Source of the DNA: Aquificaceae bacterium | GTDB taxonomy: Bacteria > Aquificota > Aquificia > Aquificales > Aquificaceae | Reading direction: 5' to 3' | Assembly (NCBI GenBank): GCA_026414575.1 | Contig: JAOAIS010000001.1 | Span: 296-64,295, forward strand | Length of the DNA stretch: 64,000 nt | Notes under the pieces: model-generated | The model's database searches: none | What the model saw: only the letters and a program-made list of their open reading frames with translations | What the model was told of the DNA's origin: nothing | Program-made: the position numbers and the translations under genes | Shown here: one piece after another, positions 9,615 through 17,712 of the stretch | How positions within the stretch are numbered: the first letter of the stretch is position 1 | How the letters are laid out: each line of letters starts with the position of its first letter

Positions 9615-10666
9615 AAATCAGGGCTGTTGCTCTTTTTTCTGGAGGGCTTGATAGCGCTTTAGCGGTCCGCCTGCTTCAGGACCAAGGCGTAGAAATAAAA
9701 GCCCTGCACTTTTATACGGGCTTTTGCATCACGGAACACAAAAGACGCCTTGGGCTGAAGAGAGAAGACGGATCGCTTTATGTGAATCCTGCCTTGAAAG
9801 CAGCAGCCCTACTGCAGGTCCCCCTGGAAATTCTGGATATATCGGAAGAATACTTCAATTTAATACTTAATCCAAAGTATGGATACGGAAAAAATGTAAA
9901 CCCATGCTTAGACTGCAGGATATTTATGTTGAAAAAGGCAAAGGAATTTATGGAAAAAGAGGGTTATGCCTTTGTGGTAACTGGAGAGGTCCTCGGACAA
10001 AGGCCTATGAGCCAGACCTTTGACAGGCTCATGCTCATAGAAAAGGAGGCAGGTCTTAGTGGCTACATTCTCAGGCCCCTGTCCGCCAAGCTACTTCCCC
10101 AAACGATTCCAGAAAAACTTGGCTGGGTTAACAGAGACCAACTTCTTGACATATGGGGGAGGAGTAGGAAAAAGCAGTTAAAGCTTGCAAAGGAATATGG
10201 GCTTGAGCATGAACAACCAGCAGGAGGATGCTGCTATCTTACTGATGAAAATTACGCCCACAGGTTTAGGGAAGTCATAAGGGTGGAGGGGTCAATAGCC
10301 AGAGAGGACCTTGTCCTACTTGCTGTAGGTAGGCATTTTAGGCTACCCTCTGGTGCAAGGCTCATACTGGCAAGAAACGAGGGCGAGGTCAGGTTCCTGC
10401 AGGGTTTTAGACATAGATATGACTATGCATGCAGGAAAGACGGCAAGGGGACCTTTGGCCTTTTAAAGGGCAGATTGTCTGAGGAAGAGTTTAATTTGGT
10501 GGCTGGCCTTGTGGCACGTTATTCAAAAAACCAACCCTGCGAGGTCTTGTTGAGCATTGGCGGAAGGGAGACAGTTGTATGGGCTGACACTTTGAGTGAG
10601 GAGCTTGCTGACTCCATTAAAATATACAAAAGGAAAGGAGATAAGCATGGAAGTGGAAAGAGTTAA
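9611..10666 (+). CDS. PP-loop ThiI/MnmA-like tRNA sulfurtransferase-family protein with a probable C-terminal DUF814/NFACT-R-like region
   Basis: SGGLDS PP-loop, NPCLDCR, TGEVLGQRPMSQ, PAGGCC, GRHFRL, ARNEGE; exact reaction unknown. Confidence 0.8.
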   Translation: MKIRAVALFSGGLDSALAVRLLQDQGVEIKALHFYTGFCITEHKRRLGLKREDGSLYVNPALKAAALLQVPLEILDISEEYFNLILNPKYGYGKNVNPCLDCRIFMLKKAKEFMEKEGYAFVVTGEVLGQRPMSQTFDRLMLIEKEAGLSGYILRPLSAKLLPQTIPEKLGWVNRDQLLDIWGRSRKKQLKLAKEYGLEHEQPAGGCCYLTDENYAHRFREVIRVEGSIAREDLVLLAVGRHFRLPSGARLILARNEGEVRFLQGFRHRYDYACRKDGKGTFGLLKGRLSEEEFNLVAGLVARYSKNQPCEVLLSIGGRETVVWADTLSEELADSIKIYKRKGDKHGSGKS

Positions 10667-10898
10667 ACCCGACATAGTTCATGATGTGGTGGGCACCTTC
10701 TGTCCTGTGCCTATAGCGGAGACTGCCAAGGTCATTAAAACCATGCAGGTGGGTCAGGTTCTTGAGCTTGTGGCAGATGATCCAGGCGTGGTGGAGGACA
10801 TACCTGCTTGGTGCAAGGCAACTGGACAGGAATTTCTTGGGCTTTATGAAGACGAGGGCGAGTATCACCTCTTTGTGAGAAAGGTTAAGGAGCTATGA
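10647..10898 (+). CDS. TusA/SirA-family sulfur carrier
   Basis: DVVGTFCPVP (CPxP), GQVLELVADDPG, DIPAWC; ATG 10647 follows an AAGGAG SD. Confidence 0.92.
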   Translation: MEVERVKPDIVHDVVGTFCPVPIAETAKVIKTMQVGQVLELVADDPGVVEDIPAWCKATGQEFLGLYEDEGEYHLFVRKVKEL

Positions 10899-11131
10899 AA
10901 GAAAGAATAACTTTTGACACTAAGCTTTTGGAGCTTATACAGAACATTCCCCAAGCAAGGGAAAAGCTCATGAAGTACGGCTACAGAGTTTTGGAAGAAG
11001 AGGACATAGAAGATGTGGTGGTGGACAAGCTGACAATAAAGGGTTTTTGCAGGCTCATGGACCTGGATGACGAAGCTCAGGGAAATCTCTGGCAAGATAT
11101 ACAAGATTTATATAGACAGCTGGAGGATTAA
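10895..11131 (+). CDS. Small DUF1858-like protein
   Basis: ITFDTKLLELIQNIP...KYG...LTIKGFC pattern; ATGA overlap with the TusA-family gene. Confidence 0.55.
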   Translation: MKERITFDTKLLELIQNIPQAREKLMKYGYRVLEEEDIEDVVVDKLTIKGFCRLMDLDDEAQGNLWQDIQDLYRQLED

Positions 11132-11133
11132 TC

Positions 11134-11385
11134 ATGGAAGAGAGAGAGTTTAAAGAGGTGGAAAAAATACTGGAAAAGATAAGGCCAGCCCTAAAGGAGC
11201 ATCATGGTGACCTAAAGGTGGTAGATGTAAGGGAAGGAGAGGTTTACCTTCAGTTTGAAGGAGGGTGCACCGACTGTCCTATCGCGGATGCGAGCGTAAA
11301 GAATGTAGTTGATGTGGCCATCAAGGGCAACCTTAGCTGGGTTAAAAAGGTGGAGATACTCCAGCCTAAGTACCAGATTGGATGA
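11134..11385 (+). CDS. NifU C-terminal/Nfu-domain Fe-S carrier
   Basis: IRPALKEHHGDL...GGCTDC (CxxC) Nfu signature. Confidence 0.9.
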   Translation: MEEREFKEVEKILEKIRPALKEHHGDLKVVDVREGEVYLQFEGGCTDCPIADASVKNVVDVAIKGNLSWVKKVEILQPKYQIG

Positions 11386-12200
11386 ACCTTGACGGAAGTA
11401 CAGAGGTCTATGGAGTAATAGGATATCCTATTAGACACTCCCTCTCTCCAGTCTTTCAAAACAAGGCTTTCAGACACTTTTCCCTTAATGCGGTCTATGT
11501 ACCCCTCGAGGTAAAACCAGAAGAATTCCATACAGCCTTTTATGGTCTTAAGGCTCTGGGTGTGAAGGGAGTCAATGTTACACTGCCCCACAAGGAAAGG
11601 GCTCTTGAATTGTCAGATTTTCCAGACCACCATGCAAAGGCCATAGGTTCCGCCAACACCCTTAAGTTTTCTTCAGAAGGGGTTTACGCCTACAACACGG
11701 ACTGGATAGGTTTTCTTAAAGCCTTAAAAAAGCTCGTTCCAGAATTGAAGGGTTTAAAGGTCCTACTTCTTGGTGCAGGCGGGTCTTCGAGGGCAGTGCT
11801 TTATGCCTTGAAAAGGGAGGGCTCGGTAGTTTACCTGTGGAACAGGACATGGCAAAAGGCATGCATGCTGTGTGAAGAGTTTGAATGCCAAGTGGTTGAG
11901 AGGCCGGAAGAAGTCTTGAAGGATGTAGAGCTTATTGTAAACACTACCTCTTCGGGTCTTAGGGAGGAAGATAGGTCCCTCTTTGATTATAACTTGCTCG
12001 AGCCAGAGCATAAGGTGATGGACCTTATATACAGAGATACTCCCCTTATCAGGTCTGCAAGGGTAAAGGGTTGTGAATGCAAAGATGGTCTTGATATGCT
12101 TTTGTATCAGGGCATTGAAAGCTTTAGAATATGGACGGGCATTGAAGTGCCCTACCATGTGGTAAAGGACGCTGTTCTTGAGTATTTAGAACATTTCTAA
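11382..12200 (+). CDS. aroE: Shikimate dehydrogenase
   Basis: GYPIRHSLSP, NVTLPHK, NTDWIGF, GAGGS, GLDMLLYQG. Confidence 0.97.
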   Translation: MNLDGSTEVYGVIGYPIRHSLSPVFQNKAFRHFSLNAVYVPLEVKPEEFHTAFYGLKALGVKGVNVTLPHKERALELSDFPDHHAKAIGSANTLKFSSEGVYAYNTDWIGFLKALKKLVPELKGLKVLLLGAGGSSRAVLYALKREGSVVYLWNRTWQKACMLCEEFECQVVERPEEVLKDVELIVNTTSSGLREEDRSLFDYNLLEPEHKVMDLIYRDTPLIRSARVKGCECKDGLDMLLYQGIESFRIWTGIEVPYHVVKDAVLEYLEHF

Positions 12201-12208
12201 AAGTAGGA

Positions 12209-12347
12209 ATCCCCAAGGAAAGCAGTGCGTAAGCATTTCTATGTAAGGTCTACACCCTCATGCTACGGGAGCCCAATTGGTAAAAGACCGAATCTTGAGG
12301 CTTTGCTTGTGCTCACTGCTATGTTTCGACTTTTGGTTTTCGGGGAT
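12209..12347 (+). ncRNA. Candidate structured RNA (long nested rod) between aroE and HARP
   Basis: Nested complementary segments found by eye: ATCCCC/GGGGAT, AGCAGTG/CACTGCT, CGTAAGCA/TGCTTGTG, GGTCT/AGACC; family not recognised. Confidence 0.35.
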
Positions 12348-12385
12348 ATGCGAAAGGTGGCTTTTGCCTGTGTATGCCGGATGTT

Positions 12386-12391
12386 TATAAT
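12386..12391 (+). promoter_or_regulatory. -10 box 6 nt before the HARP start codon (leaderless-type)
   Basis: TATAAT-AAGAGC-ATG, no SD. Confidence 0.6.
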
Positions 12392-12397
12392 AAGAGC

Positions 12398-12979
12398 ATG
12401 GAAATGTTCGTCTTAGACACGAGCGTATTCACAAACCCTGATGTCTACACCCAGTTTGAAAGGGACCAGAGGGGAGCCATAGAGAATTTCGTATCCCTTG
12501 CCTCCCACAGCAGGGCGCAGTTTTACATGCCCACTTCCGTGTATGAGGAGCTAAACAAGATGATTGAACTTGGGAGCCTGAAGCCAAAGTTTGAGCTGGC
12601 TGTAAGAATACGCTCCCCGAGAAGGTTCAACCTGATGGTGCCCGCAGAGTTTTTATACGAGTTTATAGAGGAGGTCCGCTACAGGATAAACAAAGGCCTT
12701 CGTATAGCTGAGGAGCATGCAAAGGAGGCGGGCAGGCTCTCGGAGGAGGATGTGGGTAGGCTCATAAATAAGCTGAGGGACAAGTACCGTGAAGCCCTAA
12801 GGACTGGCATAATAGACAGTAAAGAAGACTTGGATGTGCTTCTTCTTGCTTACGAGCTTGATGGCATCCTTGTGTCTGGAGATGAAGGGCTCAGAAACTG
12901 GGCTGACAAGGTGGGCATAAAACTCATAGACCCGAAGGGTTTTAGGCTCATACTTGAAAGCTACACGGTAAGGACCTAA
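12398..12979 (+). CDS. HARP, RNA-free minimal RNase P (Aq_880 homolog, PIN-like; 'RNA ligase partner' family)
   Basis: [22 protein letters not shown] spike helix, [27 protein letters not shown] catalytic aspartates; about 193 aa from ATG 12398. Confidence 0.93.
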   Translation: MEMFVLDTSVFTNPDVYTQFERDQRGAIENFVSLASHSRAQFYMPTSVYEELNKMIELGSLKPKFELAVRIRSPRRFNLMVPAEFLYEFIEEVRYRINKGLRIAEEHAKEAGRLSEEDVGRLINKLRDKYREALRTGIIDSKEDLDVLLLAYELDGILVSGDEGLRNWADKVGIKLIDPKGFRLILESYTVRT

Positions 12980-14073
12980 TCTATCATTGAGCCTCCACTC
13001 AGAAGGTGACCCAAAAGCCCCGTCATGTTTAGGAATACCTTTTCAAACTCGAGAAGCCAGAAGTCCTTCTCCCTTTGCAGGGATAGCTGGTTTACCTGTA
13101 TGTGGGTGGAGGCGTGTTTTATCTGTTCAAGGAAAAGGAGTGCCCTATCCCTGTTTCGAAACCTGCATCTGAAGACTCTGCGCACCTTCCCTTCCTCCCT
13201 CGTCATCCTACAGGCTTCAAAAAGACCAGAGAGAAAAGCCTCTCCAATATCCCTGTAAAGCCTCTCGTCCTTCTGTAGACCTTCCTCCTCCACAAAGAGT
13301 GCAAGCCTTAGCAGTCTGTTGGTGTAGTAGTCAGGGGGAAGACCGAGCATGTTAATGGATGTAATCCTTATGTCATTGAGGTTTGCATAGCTTGTTATGT
13401 ACTTTAGCCTCTTGTCTCTGGCAGAGTCCTCCTTAAGCACCACGCCTTCCCTCTTTTCCTCGTCCAGCCTTCTAAGCAAGGTTTTTAAGTCCTCAAGCTG
13501 TTCCGGTTCAAATCTGCCGAAGGTTTCCACGCTCGGAAGGTTGTATTCCTGTATGAGCCTTAGCTTTTCCCTGTAAGGGACAAAACCTTGTTTGTTCTTT
13601 ACCATGATGTCAAAAAGGAAAAACTTTATGTCCTCTTTTACATAGGGTGGGCTTTCTTCCACATAGGGGTTTTCTGGTCCTGCCACCTCCATGCACAGCA
13701 CCAGCTCAGGATGTTTTTCAAAGAAAGCTTGGTTTACAAACTCCAGGACTCTGTCTGTGCTGAATGCGCATACATATCCGCCCCTCGTGAGGGCATAGAT
13801 GTCTCCTTCATGTTGGAAGACCCTCACATTGTAGCCATCCACTTTTTCTTCTACCCAGAAGGGTTCTGAGAATTGCTCCCTTATGCCTGTGGATAGCTGG
13901 AATACCCTGCCTATGTGAGGATAACCCCATACTACCGTATCCTTGAAGAGGACAGTTCCTCTTGGAACCTCCTTAAAATCGTCCGTAAACCTAAGATATT
14001 CAAGCTCTCCGTAGCTTTCACTCCTTACCTTGTTCCTTTTTATGGCTTCCTTCAGAAGGTCTGTATCAAACAT
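12976..14073 (-). CDS. ATP-dependent RNA ligase, Pab1020/Rnl3 family
   Basis: GYPHIGR, motif [26 protein letters not shown], motif IV REGVVLK, KRLKY, C-terminal dimerisation-type domain. Confidence 0.93.
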   Translation of the reverse strand: MFDTDLLKEAIKRNKVRSESYGELEYLRFTDDFKEVPRGTVLFKDTVVWGYPHIGRVFQLSTGIREQFSEPFWVEEKVDGYNVRVFQHEGDIYALTRGGYVCAFSTDRVLEFVNQAFFEKHPELVLCMEVAGPENPYVEESPPYVKEDIKFFLFDIMVKNKQGFVPYREKLRLIQEYNLPSVETFGRFEPEQLEDLKTLLRRLDEEKREGVVLKEDSARDKRLKYITSYANLNDIRITSINMLGLPPDYYTNRLLRLALFVEEEGLQKDERLYRDIGEAFLSGLFEACRMTREEGKVRRVFRCRFRNRDRALLFLEQIKHASTHIQVNQLSLQREKDFWLLEFEKVFLNMTGLLGHLLSGGSMID

Positions 14074-14083
14074 AACCGCTACA

Positions 14084-14091
14084 ATTATAAT
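14084..14091. promoter_or_regulatory. Bidirectional -10 element ATTATAAT
   Basis: TATAAT on both strands, each exactly 10 nt from a divergent ATG (14073 and 14102). Confidence 0.6.
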
Positions 14092-14101
14092 AAGCTTACT
14101 G

Positions 14102-14527
14102 ATGGGGCTTGTAATTTGGCTGTTGTTTTTTCTAAATTCCTTTTCCTTTGCCTTCTATCACTGTTTTTACGACGCAGGGAAGCGCTATGGCTTAGACCCA
14201 CTGCTTCTTACATCCATAGCAAAGGTGGAGAGTAACTTCAATCCAAGGGCTATTAATTTAAACCTCAACGGTAGCGTGGATTACGGCATTATGCAGGTGA
14301 ACTCCTACTGGCTTGAAAAGTACAAAATACCTAAGGATTGGATAAAAGAGCCTTGCTACAACATACACTTTGGCGCCATGGTGCTTAGGAGGTGTATGGA
14401 TATTCACAGGGGTAGTTTAGCTCTTGCGGTGGACTGCTACAACAAGGGAAGTAGGGCAAAGGGGCATGGCGATTATGTAGAAAGGGTGTTCAAAAGCTAC
14501 AAAAGATACCACGCTATGCTAAAATAG
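14102..14527 (+). CDS. Lytic transglycosylase SLT-domain protein (IagB-like)
   Basis: IAKVESNFNPRAIN, DYGIMQVNS, CYNIHFGA, YN motifs; signal peptide from ATG 14102. Confidence 0.9.
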   Translation: MGLVIWLLFFLNSFSFAFYHCFYDAGKRYGLDPLLLTSIAKVESNFNPRAINLNLNGSVDYGIMQVNSYWLEKYKIPKDWIKEPCYNIHFGAMVLRRCMDIHRGSLALAVDCYNKGSRAKGHGDYVERVFKSYKRYHAMLK

Positions 14528-14532
14528 ATTAG

Positions 14533-15447
14533 ATGAAAAGGAGTTTTGTGGACCTCTGGGATATAAGCCCAGAGGAGGGATGGATAATACTTCAGGATGC
14601 GCTGAGAATAAAGAAGGGTATTGATGGTGATTATTGTCTAAGGGGCAAGAACATAGCCCTTTACTTTACCAAGCCTTCTACGAGAACAAGGGTTTCCTTT
14701 GAAGTGGCCATAGCCCAGCTGGGGGGCAACGCCCTCTTCCTTCAAGAATCCAGTCTTCAGGTTACGAGGGGCGAAGACATAAAGGATACCGCCAGAACCC
14801 TCTCAAGATACCTGGATGGTGTGATAATAAGGACGGACTCCCACAAAAAGCTGGAGGAGTTTGCCAGATACTCGGACATACCAGTCATAAACGCCTTGAC
14901 GGATATGGCACACCCATGCCAGATACTGAGTGATGTTTTTACTCTTTATGAGGCTTTTGGCGACAGCCTGCAGACCATCAAGATAGCCTATGTGGGCGAT
15001 GGCAACAATGTGTGCAACACATGGCTTGTGGGCGCTGGTCTTTTTGGTCTTAAGCTTTTCGTGGCAACTCCAGAAGGCTATGAACCAAGCAGTTTCTACT
15101 ATCAGGCGGGCGAAGACCTCTGTAAACATACTGGCGGAAGTATATACCTTACTACCAACCCCTACGAGGCGGTCAGGGAGGCCCATGTGGTTTACGCGGA
15201 TGTGTGGATAAGCATGAACCAAGATAGGACTGAGGAAAAGCTAACTTCTCTTAAGCCTTACCAAGTAAGGCCGGACCTGCTTGCCCATGCAAGAAATGAT
15301 GTAAAAGTGATGCACTGCCTGCCAGCAAGAAAGGGCGAAGAGATTACCGAGGAGGTTTTTGAAGCCCACGCGGATTTTATCTTCACTCAAGCGGAGAATA
15401 GGCTCCATACTCAGAAAGCCCTCCTCAGTTTTCTCTTCAAGTCTTAA
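14533..15447 (+). CDS. argF: Ornithine carbamoyltransferase
   Basis: STRTRVSFE, HPCQ, GDGNNV, HCLPA, QAENR. Confidence 0.97.
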   Translation: MKRSFVDLWDISPEEGWIILQDALRIKKGIDGDYCLRGKNIALYFTKPSTRTRVSFEVAIAQLGGNALFLQESSLQVTRGEDIKDTARTLSRYLDGVIIRTDSHKKLEEFARYSDIPVINALTDMAHPCQILSDVFTLYEAFGDSLQTIKIAYVGDGNNVCNTWLVGAGLFGLKLFVATPEGYEPSSFYYQAGEDLCKHTGGSIYLTTNPYEAVREAHVVYADVWISMNQDRTEEKLTSLKPYQVRPDLLAHARNDVKVMHCLPARKGEEITEEVFEAHADFIFTQAENRLHTQKALLSFLFKS

Positions 15448-15756
15448 CAAAGCATTGACTTTTTAAGATATAGGAGTTTCTTCAAAAACTAAATGGATGC
15501 CCTCATGTTAAGTTGTAGTTTTTGCTAACAATTTTAGGCAGGCTTGCTCTTAAGAATGTTTTTGAGGTTGTAGTGTAACCCTTTTTATCTCCTCCGCAAT
15601 TTCTCTGAACACATCTTATTACTCTTCTACTTGTGGGCATGCGGGAGAGTAAAATTCCATATCAAGGGCACGACCTCTAAGAGTTTTGTGCTTTAAGGAT
15701 TGTAAGTGACATGGGCTAATGATTGTAAATCAACTCTTTTAATGGTTATTAAGGAG

Positions 15757-15832
15757 CCTTCTCTCGTAGCATGATTTCGCAATGCCTCTTCTTTTTAAAA
15801 GAAGGCCCGCAAAAATCACGAAGGAGGAAAGG
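15757..15832 (-). terminator. Long imperfect hairpin just after the glmS stop
   Basis: CTTCTTTT/AAAAGAAG core with TGATTT/AAATCA and TCGT/ACGA outer stems; no clear U-tract. Confidence 0.45.
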
Positions 15833-15836
15833 AGTT

Positions 15837-17615
15837 TTACTCCACCGTGACCGTCTTTGCCAAGTTTCTTGGCTGGTCCACATCAAGACCAAGGTAGTCC
15901 GCTATGTAGTAAGCAAAGAGTTGAAGGGGGATGATTGTTAGGAAGGGCGTCAGGTCCTCTTCCACTTCTGGAACACCTATGAAGTCACCACATAAACCCT
16001 TTAGGTTTTCGTCTCCTTCAAAGCCTACGCCTATGACCTTCCCCCTTCTTGCCAGTACCTCTTCTATGTTTGAGAGCATCTTCTCGTAAACCCTGTCCTT
16101 GGGTACTATCGCTACTGTGGGCATTTTTTCATCGATTAGGGCTATAGGACCGTGCTTCATCTCCCCAGCAGGGTAGCCTTCTGCGTGTATGTAGGATATT
16201 TCCTTTAGCTTCAGTGCCCCTTCTAAGGCCACCGGATAGCTTAAGTATCTTCCAAGGTATAGAAAATCTCTATTGTTGGCATGTCTAAGGGCTATACCCC
16301 TCATGACTTCTGAGCGAGATAGCACCTCTTCTACCAAATGGGGCACCTTTAGCAGTTCCTCCATCCTTGCGTATTTTTCTTCTGCCTCGCTAACTGCAAG
16401 GGCATAAAGAACTGCAAGCTGTGCGGTGAAGGTCTTGGTTGCTGCAACTCCAATTTCTGGACCTGCATGGGTGTAAAGGGTGTAGTCGGATTCTCTATCA
16501 AGGGCGCTACCCATAACATTTACCACCGACAGAAGTGTTGCGCCCTTTTCTTTGAGAGCAAGGGAGGAAAAGCGTGTGTCTGCGGTTTCTCCTGATTGGG
16601 ATATGGCCAACACCAAATCACCTTCACCTACTGGCATGTCCGAGTATCTTACTTCCGAGGCGTAGGCTACCTCCACTGGAGCTCTAACATACTTTTCTAT
16701 CCAGTATTTGCCCAAAAGACCAGCATGGTAAGAAGTTCCGCAGGCAACAATGAGAATCCTTCTGAAGTCTTTGAGGGAGAAGGGGAGGTTTAAATCTCTG
16801 GATATGTAGCCTCTTATGGTATCGCCAAGCGTGCGTGGCTGTTCAAATATTTCCTTCAGCATGAAGTGTTTAAAGCCCCCCTTTTCTGCGGATATGATGT
16901 CCCAAGGCACATGCATTACTTCCTTTGTAAGCATGTTTCCTCCAAAGTCGTAGATAAAAACGCCGTCTGGCCTTAGGTCTACTACTTCTCCGTCCTTTAG
17001 GGGTATTACATCTCTCGTAAAGGGTAGGAGGGCAGGTATGTCGGAGGCTAAGAAGTTCTCACCTTTTCCTATACCCACCACAAGGGGGCTTCCGTATCTT
17101 ACCGCTATAATCCTATTGGGTTCTTTGGTGGTTATAACCGCAAAGGCATAGGCTCCCCTGAGCCTTTTTAGCGTATTTATGACCGCCTCAAGAAGGTCAC
17201 CTCGGTAGTTTAGGGCTATTAGATGTACTATGGCTTCCGTGTCTGTTTTAGACCTGTAGTCTATGCCCGTCCTTTCAAGCTCCTCCCTTAGCTCCCTGTA
17301 GTTTTCTATTATGCCGTTGTGAACCACTGCGAAATTACCTTCACCATCCGTATGAGGATGGGCATTCAGCTCGCAGACCTCCCCATGGGTTGCCCATCTT
17401 GTGTGTCCTATACCTGCGGTAGCCTTTAGGTCCTTGCCCCAAAGGCTTTTGACAAGCTCCCTAATCTTGCCCACCTTTTTGTCCACATGGAGTTTGCCGT
17501 TTTCTATTAGGGCAACGCCCGCAGAATCGTAACCTCTGTACTCCAACCTCTCGAGACCTTCAAGAAGAACTATAAGGGCAGGATTTGAACCTGTGTAGCC
17601 AACTATACCACACAT
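15837..17615 (-). CDS. glmS: Glutamine--fructose-6-phosphate aminotransferase
   Basis: Starts MCGIVG (ATG 17615), GHTRWATHG, HNGIIEN, ends PRNLAKTVTVE. Confidence 0.99.
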   Translation of the reverse strand: MCGIVGYTGSNPALIVLLEGLERLEYRGYDSAGVALIENGKLHVDKKVGKIRELVKSLWGKDLKATAGIGHTRWATHGEVCELNAHPHTDGEGNFAVVHNGIIENYRELREELERTGIDYRSKTDTEAIVHLIALNYRGDLLEAVINTLKRLRGAYAFAVITTKEPNRIIAVRYGSPLVVGIGKGENFLASDIPALLPFTRDVIPLKDGEVVDLRPDGVFIYDFGGNMLTKEVMHVPWDIISAEKGGFKHFMLKEIFEQPRTLGDTIRGYISRDLNLPFSLKDFRRILIVACGTSYHAGLLGKYWIEKYVRAPVEVAYASEVRYSDMPVGEGDLVLAISQSGETADTRFSSLALKEKGATLLSVVNVMGSALDRESDYTLYTHAGPEIGVAATKTFTAQLAVLYALAVSEAEEKYARMEELLKVPHLVEEVLSRSEVMRGIALRHANNRDFLYLGRYLSYPVALEGALKLKEISYIHAEGYPAGEMKHGPIALIDEKMPTVAIVPKDRVYEKMLSNIEEVLARRGKVIGVGFEGDENLKGLCGDFIGVPEVEEDLTPFLTIIPLQLFAYYIADYLGLDVDQPRNLAKTVTVE

Positions 17616-17712
17616 GATTAGAATTATATCCTTTGGAGGGCATGCATGCATCAAAAGCACTTCAGACCTTTTACATACACGCCTGCTCCTTAACTTTTAA
17701 AATTGATTGGGC

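Noticed and set aside
12215-12306. Vestigial RNase P RNA next to HARP (AGGAAAG ... GAATCTTGAGGCTT echoes)
   Set aside because: The P4 pairing (AAGUCCGG/CCGGCUU) is absent and the region is too short; the resemblance is only a few bases
15448-15836. Tn7-like element at the glmS attachment site, or a decayed ORF (minus strand DMEFYSPACPQVEE**DVFREIAEEIKRV)
   Set aside because: No Tn7 end repeats or tns genes; the fragment cannot be assigned to any family
17616-17712. glmS ribozyme
   Set aside because: A -10 box lies 7 nt from the ATG, leaving no leader, and no ribozyme core is present
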